Source of the DNA: Pseudomonadota bacterium
GTDB taxonomy: Bacteria > Pseudomonadota > Alphaproteobacteria > Rhodobacterales > Rhodobacteraceae
DNA: 28,928 bases
Assembly: GCA_039821665.1 (NCBI GenBank)
Contig: JBCBNR010000001.1
Location: 1 to 28,928, forward strand
Direction: 5' to 3'
A model generated the notes under the pieces. It made no database searches. It saw nothing but the letters and a program-made list of their open reading frames with translations, and was not told where the DNA came from. Both the position numbers and the translations under genes were made by a program. Positions 16,544-24,703 of this stretch are shown here, in pieces (position 1 is the first letter of the stretch; each line of letters begins with the position of its first letter).

Positions 16544-19129
16544 ATGCGCGCAGTCTTTTCTGTCTTCGGCTCTGTCCTAAGCGGTCTGCTGAATCTGTTT
16601 GGGTTTTTGTTCAGCTGGGCGGTCTTGGCGTTGTTCATGGGCGCGCTGAGCTTGGGCGCTGTGTTCTGGGTGTACGGCCAAGGTCTGCCCGAACACGAGC
16701 AATTGGCCCAGTACGAGCCTGCGACCTTGAGCCGTGTCTATTCCAGCACCGGCCAGGTGATGGACGAGTTCGCGCGCGAGCGGCGGATTTATACCCCGAT
16801 CGATGAAATCCCCGACCTTGTGAAAAACGCCTTCATCTCGGCGGAGGATAAGAATTTCTATTCTCACGCGGGCTTTGATGCACGCGGGATCCTGTCCGCG
16901 CTGTACGAGGCGGTTAAAACCCGGGGCGAGAGTGTGCGCGGTGCATCCACCATCACCCAGCAGGTTATGAAAAATTTCCTGCTCGATGGATCAAGATCCT
17001 ACGAGCGTAAGATCAAAGAAATCATCCTGGCCGTGCGCCTGGAAGGTACGCTGAGCAAAGAGGATATTCTGGGCCTTTATCTTAACGAGATTTTTCTGGG
17101 CCAGAACGCCTATGGCGTGACTGCTGCTGCGCGCACCTATTTCGCAAAGTCCTTGGAAGAGCTGACGCCGGCGGAAGCGGCGTATTTGGCGATCTTGCCC
17201 AAAGCCCCGTCCACCTATCACCCGGTGCGCCAGCGCGAGCGGGCGCTGGGACGGCGCGCATTTGTGCTCAAAGAGATGCACGAGAACGGGTTTATCGACC
17301 GCGACACCTATGAAAGCGCCAAGGTCGAGCCGTTGGTCACCGTTCAAGGGGGCGAGATCGTCTCGGCCCGGGCCGAGTTGCCGCCGCGCGATTACTTCAC
17401 CGACGAGATCCGACGGCAATTGTCGAGCAACTTAGAGGAAGGCGAGGAGGAGCTGTTCACGGGCGGGCTGAAAATTCGCGCGACCATGGACCCCGAATTG
17501 CAGCTTGTGGCCGCGGATGCGTTGCGAAAGGGCTTGCTGTCCTATGACCGCTCGCGCGGGGTCTACCAAGGCCCTGTGGCCACGATCAGCGATCTGGATC
17601 TCGGCTCGGAGGTTGCATGGCGCGCGGCCCTGGCAGAGGTGCAGGTGCCCCGCGACATCGATCTTTGGCATCCGGCTGTGGTGCTGCAAGTGGGCCAGAA
17701 CTCGGTACGCGTGGGCATCGAAGACGTAGCCGAAGACGCGGACGGGCATTTTGTCAGTTTTCGCGATGCCGCCTGGATCGGTCGCATCTCGTATGAAGAT
17801 CGCCCCAGTGCCAAACCCCGTGGCCCCGGTGATCTGTGGCGCGTCGGCGACGTGATTTATGTGCAAGCGGTGTTGGAGGATGGCGTGTTCGACCGTTGGT
17901 CCATGCGCCAAGTCCCGGAGGTGCAGGGTGGCTTTATGGCCATGGATGTCACCACGGGCCGCGTGCTGGCCATGCAAGGTGGGTTTTCCTACCAGCACTC
18001 GGTCTTCAACCGCGCAACGCAAGCGACGCGGCAGCCCGGGTCGGCGTTCAAACCGTTTGTTTATGCAGCCGCCTTGGATGGGGGCTACACGCCTGCCTCG
18101 ATCGTTGTGGATGCCCCGGTGGAGGTGGAATCGGGGGGCGAGATTTGGCGGCCCACCAACGCCTCGGACCAGTTCTATGGCCCCGCACCCCTGCGCACCG
18201 GGATCGAACAGTCGCGCAACTTGATGACCGTGCGCATCGCACAGGATGTGGGCATGGACCGGGTCGCAGGCTATGCGGAGCGTTTTGGCGTCTATCGCAA
18301 CATGCCCCATCTGCTCAGCTACTCGTTGGGGGCGGGAGAGACGACGCTGTTCAAGATGGTCTCGGCCTATGCGATGTTCGCCAATGGCGGAAAACGGGTG
18401 GAGCCGACCCTGGTAGACCGGGTTCAGGATCGGTTCGGCAACACGATCTATCGTCACGACCGGCGCGGCTGTGCGGGCTGCGCGTCGGATGCGTTCGAGG
18501 ATCAGGTGCCCGGGCTTTGGGACCGCTCGGAGCGGATCATGTCCGAGGTAACCGCCTACCAGGTGGCCTCGATGATGCAAGGCGTCGTCTCGCGCGGAAC
18601 CGCAAAGAACACCGTGGGGTCCTTGGGCGTTCCCATCGCGGGCAAGACCGGCACCACAAACGAGAGCAAGGACGTCTGGTTCATCGGCTTCACGCCGCGC
18701 ATCGTGGCGGGGTGCTATATGGGGTTCGACACGCCACGGCCCATGGGCAAGGGTGCCTATGGCGGCACCCTGTGTGGGCCTGTGTTCCGCGATTTTATGA
18801 AGGTGGCTTTGCAGGATCACGGATCTTACCAGCGCCCGCAGCCGCCCAACACGACCTTTGTGAAGATCGACCGCTTCACCGGTCAGCGTTTGGCCAACAA
18901 TGCAAGCGGCGATCACGTGGTGGCCGAGTTGTTTCATGCGGGCGAAGAGCCTGCGATCGGGTCCACGGGCACCTTCGTGGATGGCGGGTTTGCGATGGCA
19001 CAGAACCTGCCTTTGTTCAATCGCGGCTCGGCCCCCGTTCAGTTAAGAGAGCGTGAGGTTGGCGGTAAGAAAGAGATTGTGCCGACAAAGCAAGGCTTTG
19101 GCGTGCTCTCCTCAGGCGGTCTTTACTGA
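16544..19129 (+). CDS. mrcA: Class A penicillin-binding protein 1A
   Basis: N-terminal TM; GT51 motifs EDKNFYSH, GASTITQQ, RKIKE; transpeptidase motifs SAFK, SRN, KTG; ends GGLY. Confidence 0.95.
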   Translation: MRAVFSVFGSVLSGLLNLFGFLFSWAVLALFMGALSLGAVFWVYGQGLPEHEQLAQYEPATLSRVYSSTGQVMDEFARERRIYTPIDEIPDLVKNAFISAEDKNFYSHAGFDARGILSALYEAVKTRGESVRGASTITQQVMKNFLLDGSRSYERKIKEIILAVRLEGTLSKEDILGLYLNEIFLGQNAYGVTAAARTYFAKSLEELTPAEAAYLAILPKAPSTYHPVRQRERALGRRAFVLKEMHENGFIDRDTYESAKVEPLVTVQGGEIVSARAELPPRDYFTDEIRRQLSSNLEEGEEELFTGGLKIRATMDPELQLVAADALRKGLLSYDRSRGVYQGPVATISDLDLGSEVAWRAALAEVQVPRDIDLWHPAVVLQVGQNSVRVGIEDVAEDADGHFVSFRDAAWIGRISYEDRPSAKPRGPGDLWRVGDVIYVQAVLEDGVFDRWSMRQVPEVQGGFMAMDVTTGRVLAMQGGFSYQHSVFNRATQATRQPGSAFKPFVYAAALDGGYTPASIVVDAPVEVESGGEIWRPTNASDQFYGPAPLRTGIEQSRNLMTVRIAQDVGMDRVAGYAERFGVYRNMPHLLSYSLGAGETTLFKMVSAYAMFANGGKRVEPTLVDRVQDRFGNTIYRHDRRGCAGCASDAFEDQVPGLWDRSERIMSEVTAYQVASMMQGVVSRGTAKNTVGSLGVPIAGKTGTTNESKDVWFIGFTPRIVAGCYMGFDTPRPMGKGAYGGTLCGPVFRDFMKVALQDHGSYQRPQPPNTTFVKIDRFTGQRLANNASGDHVVAELFHAGEEPAIGSTGTFVDGGFAMAQNLPLFNRGSAPVQLREREVGGKKEIVPTKQGFGVLSSGGLY

Positions 19130-19135
19130 CACCTC

Positions 19136-19164
19136 TTGTCCCCGAAGGCATCCCTTGTTACCTG
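19136..19164 (+). promoter_or_regulatory. Candidate prfB promoter (TTGTCC-N17-TACCTG, with extended TGn)
   Basis: TTG -35 box, 17-nt spacer, and TG at -15/-14 before a TA-initiated -10 box. Confidence 0.3.
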
Positions 19165-19194
19165 CCTTAAGCCCCAGCTTTCGTGGAGAGATGA

Positions 19195-20322
19195 ATGCGT
19201 GCCGAGATCGAAGCCCATGTGCGGGAGATCGAAAAGTCTCTTGAGTTGCTGCGCCAGCGGCTGAACTGGGAGACGGCGCCCCATCGCCTAGAAGAGCTCA
19301 ATGCGATGTCCGAGGACCCGGACCTGTGGTCCGATCCCGCGCGTGCCCAGAAATTGATGCGCGAGCGGCAAAGCTTGTCGGATGCAATCGAGGCCTATCA
19401 AGAGATCCAGCAAGGTCTGCAAGACAATCTTGACCTGATCGAGTTGGGCGAGGCCGAGGATGACCGCGAAGTGGTCGTCGAGGCGGAGGAAGCGCTCGTC
19501 GCCCTGCGAGAGGTGGCGGCCAAGCGCGAGTTGGAGGCTTTGCTGGACGGCGAGGCCGATGGCAACGACACGTATCTTGAGATCAACGCAGGCGCCGGCG
19601 GCACGGAAAGCTGTGATTGGGCGTCGATCCTGGCGCGCATGTATGTGCGTTGGGCAGAGAAGCGGGGGTTCAAGGTCGAACTGATGTCGGAAAACCCTGG
19701 TGAAGAGGCTGGTATCAAATCGGTGACCTACCAAATCAAGGGCGAGAATGCCTTTGGGTGGTTAAAAACTGAAAGCGGCGTGCATCGATTGGTGCGCATC
19801 TCGCCGTTCGATTCCGCGGCCAAGCGGCACACATCGTTTTCGTCCGTGTGGGTCTATCCGGTGGTGGATGACAGCATCGAGGTGGACATCAATCCCGCGG
19901 ATATTCGCGTGGACACCTACCGGTCGTCTGGCGCGGGGGGGCAGCACGTGAACACCACCGATTCCGCGGTGCGCATCACCCATGCGCCTACGGGCATCGT
20001 GGTCACAAGTTCTGAGAAATCACAGCACCAGAACCGGGCCAACGCCATGGCTGCGCTAAAGTCGCGGCTTTACGAGTTGGAGATGCGCAAGCGAACCCAG
20101 GCCATTCAGGACGCCCATGACGCGAAGGGGGATATCGGCTGGGGCAACCAGATCCGCTCTTACGTTTTGCAGCCCTATCAAATGGTCAAGGATCTGCGCA
20201 CCAACCACGAGACGTCGGACACCTCCGGCGTGCTGGACGGGGATCTCGATGGCTTTATGGCAGCGACCCTGGCCTTGGGCGTGTCCGGAAAATCTCGGGG
20301 CGAGGCGCAGGAAGATGCCTGA
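19195..20322 (+). CDS. prfB: Peptide chain release factor 2
   Basis: [10 protein letters not shown], stop-recognition motif [23 protein letters not shown]; continuous 375-aa ORF. Confidence 0.97.
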   Translation: MRAEIEAHVREIEKSLELLRQRLNWETAPHRLEELNAMSEDPDLWSDPARAQKLMRERQSLSDAIEAYQEIQQGLQDNLDLIELGEAEDDREVVVEAEEALVALREVAAKRELEALLDGEADGNDTYLEINAGAGGTESCDWASILARMYVRWAEKRGFKVELMSENPGEEAGIKSVTYQIKGENAFGWLKTESGVHRLVRISPFDSAAKRHTSFSSVWVYPVVDDSIEVDINPADIRVDTYRSSGAGGQHVNTTDSAVRITHAPTGIVVTSSEKSQHQNRANAMAALKSRLYELEMRKRTQAIQDAHDAKGDIGWGNQIRSYVLQPYQMVKDLRTNHETSDTSGVLDGDLDGFMAATLALGVSGKSRGEAQEDA

Positions 20323-20329
20323 GTTTACG

Positions 20330-21229
20330 TTAATTCAGCGCCGCAAGCCCCTCTAAAATATAGGAAACTGTGGGTGGGATCACCTCCACGCGCAAGGTGT
20401 CGGGCCCTTCAAGCCCATTCCAGACATGATCAGCCGCCACGATCGTTAGGTTTTGCGGTCCGCGATGGGCCGACAGCAGGGAACGCGCGCTTTGTACCGG
20501 GGGCACGATAACCGTATCTGCGCGCGCTGCCACCACGTGCAGCGGCCCCGGGAAATGCGCAATTGCCCCGGCCGAGGAATAGAGCGCAGCCTCCTGGTAA
20601 AAGCGCGCGCGCAAGCGCACCTCTTTGCCCCAGGGCAGGTAGCTGGTGATCACCCGGTTGGGTTTGCTGGCCAAGGCCACCTCGTAGGCGCGCGCGCCCA
20701 ATTGCCTCGGCGCGGTGCGCGCGGGGCTGATCACCGGCGCCCACAGGGTGACGGAGCGTAAATCGGGCTTGTTCGCGGCCAGATGTGCCGCCACCAATCC
20801 GCCCTGAGACCACCCCAGCACTGCCATGCGGTCGCCATCTACCAAATCGGAGGCGGCCAACCAATCCACAGCCAGCCAGGCGTCTTCGATTTGTCGCCCC
20901 ACGGTTGTGTCCACAAAGGCGCCAGAGCTTTCGCCCACGCCGCGAAAATCGATGCGAAGGCTGGCAAGACCGGCCTTACGAAGGGCCTCAGCCAAATGTT
21001 CAAACACGCCTTTTTCGCTGCCTGCGACAGTCATTTCGTGCCGATCACCGCCAAATCCATGCAGCAGGAGCACAACCGGCGCGGGTTGTCCATCGGGTCG
21101 ATCCAACGTAGCCGCGATCTGCCCGCCTTCCGGGGTGGCAAGGAACACGTCTCGCCGATCCGCAAGGGCAGGCGCACAGCCCACCAAATACGCGCAGAGA
21201 ACACCAAAGGCTAACAAAACGCTGTGCAT
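20330..21229 (-). CDS. Exported alpha/beta hydrolase
   Basis: VLLLHGFGG, nucleophile GWSQGG, ARADTV (Asp), ADH (His); hydrophobic N-terminus with LVGC and ALA-D. Start 21229 (alternative 21271). Confidence 0.82.
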   Translation of the reverse strand: MHSVLLAFGVLCAYLVGCAPALADRRDVFLATPEGGQIAATLDRPDGQPAPVVLLLHGFGGDRHEMTVAGSEKGVFEHLAEALRKAGLASLRIDFRGVGESSGAFVDTTVGRQIEDAWLAVDWLAASDLVDGDRMAVLGWSQGGLVAAHLAANKPDLRSVTLWAPVISPARTAPRQLGARAYEVALASKPNRVITSYLPWGKEVRLRARFYQEAALYSSAGAIAHFPGPLHVVAARADTVIVPPVQSARSLLSAHRGPQNLTIVAADHVWNGLEGPDTLRVEVIPPTVSYILEGLAALN

Positions 21230-21301
21230 GGGGACATCCTGCCAAAAAGCTGCCCCTGTTTGACCCATCAAGCCTTAAGAAGGCGTTGACCCTGCACAAG
21301 T

Positions 21302-21332
21302 AAAAAAGCGGCGCCCTGGATCAGAGCGCCGC
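21302..21332 (-). terminator. Intrinsic terminator after the bactofilin gene
   Basis: Minus strand reads GCGGCGC-TCTGATCCAGG-GCGCCGC followed by TTTTTT. Confidence 0.85.
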
Positions 21333-21356
21333 GTCATTGGGTGCAAAGAAGCGCTG

Positions 21357-21845
21357 TTACTCGGCAGCTGTCTTTTTCGCCGCCGGCGTCGAGGATTTCC
21401 CGGACAAAGGATCGTCTTGACGCTGGACGGACCCTTCGAAATGGGCCCCGCTTTCGATGGCGATGGTTTTGTGCACGATGTCCCCCTGGACATTCGCGCT
21501 TGAGGTCAGGCGCACCTTCAGGCCACGCACGCGACCGATGACGCTCCCAGTGACCACCACATCGTCGGCGACAACCTCACCTTTGACCACAGCTTTCTCG
21601 CCAATGGTCAGCAGATGGGCGCGGATATCACCTTCCACATTGCCTTCCACCTGGATGTCACCGGTGGTCTTGATGTGGCCTTCCACGGTCAGATCAGAGG
21701 ACAGGACCGACGGGGCTGGCTTGGGTTTCGGGGCGGAGGAGGGTGTGTCTGCCATGGGCTTTGCTGGGGTCGCTGCGGTGGAAGGGGTGGAGGGTTTAGG
21801 CGCGCTCGGCGAACTGGGCTCGGGGGGTTTGGGTTTAGAGAACAT
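21357..21845 (-). CDS. Bactofilin (polymer-forming cytoskeletal protein)
   Basis: MFSK N-terminus, Pro/Ser-rich linker, beta-helix repeats SVLSSDLTVEGHIKTTGDIQVEGNVEGDI...IAIESGAHFEG. Confidence 0.93.
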   Translation of the reverse strand: MFSKPKPPEPSSPSAPKPSTPSTAATPAKPMADTPSSAPKPKPAPSVLSSDLTVEGHIKTTGDIQVEGNVEGDIRAHLLTIGEKAVVKGEVVADDVVVTGSVIGRVRGLKVRLTSSANVQGDIVHKTIAIESGAHFEGSVQRQDDPLSGKSSTPAAKKTAAE

Positions 21846-23166
21846 CTCTCGCTGCCTTTATGTAAGTCATGGGGTTCACGGGCTTGCCACCAATGCGCAC
21901 TTCGTAATGCAAGTGAACGCCTGTGCTTCGTCCGGTTGTACCCATATCACCGATATGTTCCCCGCGCGAGACACGATCCCCGACCTTTACATGAATTTTG
22001 TTTAAGTGGGCGTAGAGGGTTTCGAACCCAAAAGCATGGCGCACTTTGATAAGATTGCCAAAACCCCTTTGACGGCCCGCAAACACCACCACGCCGTCCG
22101 CAGAGGTTTTTATCTGCGTGCCCAAGGGGGCGGCAAAATCCAGCCCATTATGGGCCCGACGCCCCCCTGTCACCGGGTCCCGGCGCGTCCCGAAGCCTGA
22201 AGTAAAGCGGTGCGAGGCCGTGACCGGCATGGCATAGGGCACTTTGTTGGCCGCGATGCGCAGCAGGTTCATCTTGTCCATGCCCTCGACCAGCGAGGCA
22301 TAGCGCGCCTGCAATTCCGGGTCGTCAAAGGCGGCAGACGTGGCCGCCACCGGCAGGCCACTGCCGCCCACGCCGGAGTAGCTGCGCCGAACTTGGCTGA
22401 CCAGGCTGTCCACATCCAGGCCAACTCGGTCGAACATCTGTTCCAGCGGGCCAAAGGACATCTCGACCGCTTCTTCAAGCTGGGTGACCATACGGTCCTG
22501 ACGCTCGGCGCTGACCTGCATGCGCAGTTCCAGACCGGCCAACTTCATTTCCATCTCAGTGCGCTCGGCCAAGGCGGTGTCCCGGATCTCAACCGCGCTG
22601 TCGAGCGCGTCCGTCACGACGCTGAGCGTGTCCTGCAGATCTTCGCGTGAGCCCGAGCCTTCGTTCAGCGCGCCGCTCAGCGCTGCCATCTCGCGCTCCA
22701 ACTCTTGGTGGCGCGCGGCCAGGTCAGCATGGGCGCCAATGGCCTCGGCCATGCTTTGGCGGCTGGCCTCTAGGGCTGCGTCCAGGTTTGCCCGCTGCGA
22801 GCCAAGTTCCAGCACCTGGGATTGCTGATCCTGCAAGCGCGACTTGGCCAGCGCCAACCGACCCTCCAGATCAGCGCTGGTCTGGCGCGCCAGATCAAGC
22901 TGGCCTTTGAGATCGGTGATATGGGTGTCATACGCCGCGTTCAAAGCGGTGTTTTGCACGACCCGCATCTGAGGGCCCGAGAACACAGACGCAAGCGTAG
23001 TGGCACTGGCAAACATTGCCCAACCCAGCCCAAAGGCCAGGCCCGCCACGCCCAGAACTTGCGCGCCTTTAGAAAGATGAAAAGTTCGCAGGTCTTCGCC
23101 GCAGGCGATCGTCAGCGTCCGTTCGGCAAAGATCGGCTGCCGCTTTGCAAGTGTCTTTGAGTGCAT
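21835..23166 (-). CDS. M23 (LytM) peptidoglycan endopeptidase with TM and coiled coil (DUF5930/LmdC-like)
   Basis: TM segment VLGVAGLAFGLGWAMF, long heptad region, Zn ligands HNGLD and HLH, YAHL, GRSTGVHLHYEV. ATG 23166 follows a GGGA SD. Confidence 0.9.
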   Translation of the reverse strand: MHSKTLAKRQPIFAERTLTIACGEDLRTFHLSKGAQVLGVAGLAFGLGWAMFASATTLASVFSGPQMRVVQNTALNAAYDTHITDLKGQLDLARQTSADLEGRLALAKSRLQDQQSQVLELGSQRANLDAALEASRQSMAEAIGAHADLAARHQELEREMAALSGALNEGSGSREDLQDTLSVVTDALDSAVEIRDTALAERTEMEMKLAGLELRMQVSAERQDRMVTQLEEAVEMSFGPLEQMFDRVGLDVDSLVSQVRRSYSGVGGSGLPVAATSAAFDDPELQARYASLVEGMDKMNLLRIAANKVPYAMPVTASHRFTSGFGTRRDPVTGGRRAHNGLDFAAPLGTQIKTSADGVVVFAGRQRGFGNLIKVRHAFGFETLYAHLNKIHVKVGDRVSRGEHIGDMGTTGRSTGVHLHYEVRIGGKPVNPMTYIKAARDVL

Positions 23167-23221
23167 AAGGTCCCTGCATGTGTCTTTGCCTGCCAGCGCC
23201 TGTCCCGCACTGTTCGGAGCA

Positions 23222-23250
23222 TTTTTATGGGCAGAGCGACCCATGCGCAA
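23222..23250 (-). promoter_or_regulatory. Candidate internal promoter for the M23-bactofilin pair (TTGCGC-N17-TAAAAA)
   Basis: 17-nt spacing in the 101-nt gap; the inverted repeat ATGGG-N8-CCCAT (23227-23244) spans the spacer. Confidence 0.4.
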
Positions 23251-23267
23251 CAGTGGATTGCCTTACT

Positions 23268-24107
23268 TTAGGCGGAATTCTGCCGATTTTTCGGCGCGTC
23301 CGCAAGTGGCCAATAGAAGTCAGGCGGCAAGCCCGCCTCGGCCCGCTTCTCTTCGTTGAACGGAGGTTTGAGGGGGCCATGGAAGTAGCGCGCAACCAGA
23401 GCGTGAAACCTCTCCTTCGGGTCATGGTTGTGACGTCCACACAGGAAGTGAAACCATTTGGACCCATAGGCCACATGGGTGACCTCTTCGCGATAAATCA
23501 CCTCCAACGCCTCGACCGTCTCGCTGTCTTTGGCGGCCTGAAACAGGGTGATCATTCCAGGTGTCACATCGAGCCCCCGCGCCTCTAACACCATTGGCAC
23601 CACGGCGAGGCGACCTTCGACATCGTCCACGGTATCTTGCGCCGCGCGCCACATGCCCGCATGAGCCGGCATAGCGCCATAGTGACTGCCTTGGGCGTGT
23701 AAGCGCGCGCTGAGCAATTGGAAATGCTTGCTCTCTTCATCGGCGGCCCGCACCCAATCGTCGTAAAAGCCCATCGGCATCTCGATCTGGGAAAACCGCG
23801 CGACCATATCCCAGTGAAGATCCACGGCGTTCAGCTCGATATGGGCGATGGCATGCAAGATGGCGGCGCGGCCCTCGGGTGTCCCGGGGCGCCTGCGCGG
23901 CACGTCGCGCGGGTCCAACAATGGCGGGTCTGCCGGACGCGCAGGCGTCAGCGGGGGCAATGCCGTCCCCAAAGGCGGCGCTTCACCCGCGTCGCGCGCG
24001 GCCTGCCACCAAGCGGCAAGTGCGCGTGAGAGCGTTGTTTTTTCCAAGGCATCCGCAGTGCTCAGCACTTGGACAGCCCCTGCGCGCAAGCTGGTGAACT
24101 CGCTCAC
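23268..24107 (-). CDS. Ferritin-like di-iron domain protein, DUF455 family
   Basis: LHAIAHIELNAVDL, DEESKHF, LEARGLD, EEVTHVAYG and LKPPFNEEKRAEAG; GTG 24107 follows SD GGAGGA and overlaps the bcp stop. Confidence 0.88.
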   Translation of the reverse strand: MSEFTSLRAGAVQVLSTADALEKTTLSRALAAWWQAARDAGEAPPLGTALPPLTPARPADPPLLDPRDVPRRRPGTPEGRAAILHAIAHIELNAVDLHWDMVARFSQIEMPMGFYDDWVRAADEESKHFQLLSARLHAQGSHYGAMPAHAGMWRAAQDTVDDVEGRLAVVPMVLEARGLDVTPGMITLFQAAKDSETVEALEVIYREEVTHVAYGSKWFHFLCGRHNHDPKERFHALVARYFHGPLKPPFNEEKRAEAGLPPDFYWPLADAPKNRQNSA

Positions 24108-24577
24108 TCCTCCTGAACCGCGGCCAGCACCGCATCCACATGGCCGGGCACTTTGACCTTGCGCCAAACCTGCTTGATCACGCCATCGCCGCCGATCAGA
24201 AAGGTCGCCCGCTCGATCCCCATGTATTTCTTGCCATACATGGATTTCTCAACCCAGACGCCATACCGCTCGCACAGGTCATTATCTTCGTCCGAGACGA
24301 GCATCACGCCCAGCTCGTGCTTGGCGATGAACTTGTCGTGCTTGGCAACGCTGTCCTTGGATGCGCCGATGACCACCGCACCGGCCTGCATGAACGCGTC
24401 CGCGGCTTCGGTAAAGCCGATGGCCTCTTTGGTGCAGCCCGAAGTGTCGTCCTTGGGATAGAAGTACAACACCACCGTTTTGCCCGCAAAATCCGAAAGC
24501 GAGACGGTCTCGCCGCCATCGCGGGGCAGGGTGAAGGCAGGCGCAGGGTCGCCCGGTTGCAGGTTGACGTCGCTCAT
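24104..24577 (-). CDS. bcp: Peroxiredoxin, BCP/PrxQ family
   Basis: LYFYPKDDTSGCTKE (PxxxTxxC), YGVWVEKSMYGKKYMGIERATF; ATG 24577 follows SD AAGGA. The 333-aa ORF-track version is an over-extension. Confidence 0.94.
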   Translation of the reverse strand: MSDVNLQPGDPAPAFTLPRDGGETVSLSDFAGKTVVLYFYPKDDTSGCTKEAIGFTEAADAFMQAGAVVIGASKDSVAKHDKFIAKHELGVMLVSDEDNDLCERYGVWVEKSMYGKKYMGIERATFLIGGDGVIKQVWRKVKVPGHVDAVLAAVQEE

Positions 24578-24627
24578 TGATGTGTCCTTTCGCGGTGCAA
24601 GCGCTGGTCTGTCGGTTGCGCCCCGTG

Positions 24628-24655
24628 ATATGAGGGAGTTGAGCACGGGTTCAAG
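24628..24655 (-). promoter_or_regulatory. RpoH (sigma32)-type promoter for bcp (CTTGAA-N14-CCTCATAT)
   Basis: One mismatch to the classical CTTGAA-N13-17-CCCCATNT consensus, 50 nt upstream of the bcp ATG. Confidence 0.65.
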
Positions 24656-24703
24656 GCCCGCACTTGCCCTTGAAAGACTGTAGCCAGGCACAGCACGACA
24701 GGC

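Noticed and set aside
17432-18937. 501-aa antisense ORF in mrcA, and similar long alternative ORFs (13872-15074, 17836-19056, 2719-3600, 27230-28042)
   Set aside because: They lie wholly or almost wholly within well-supported genes, show typical off-frame composition and carry no domain signatures.
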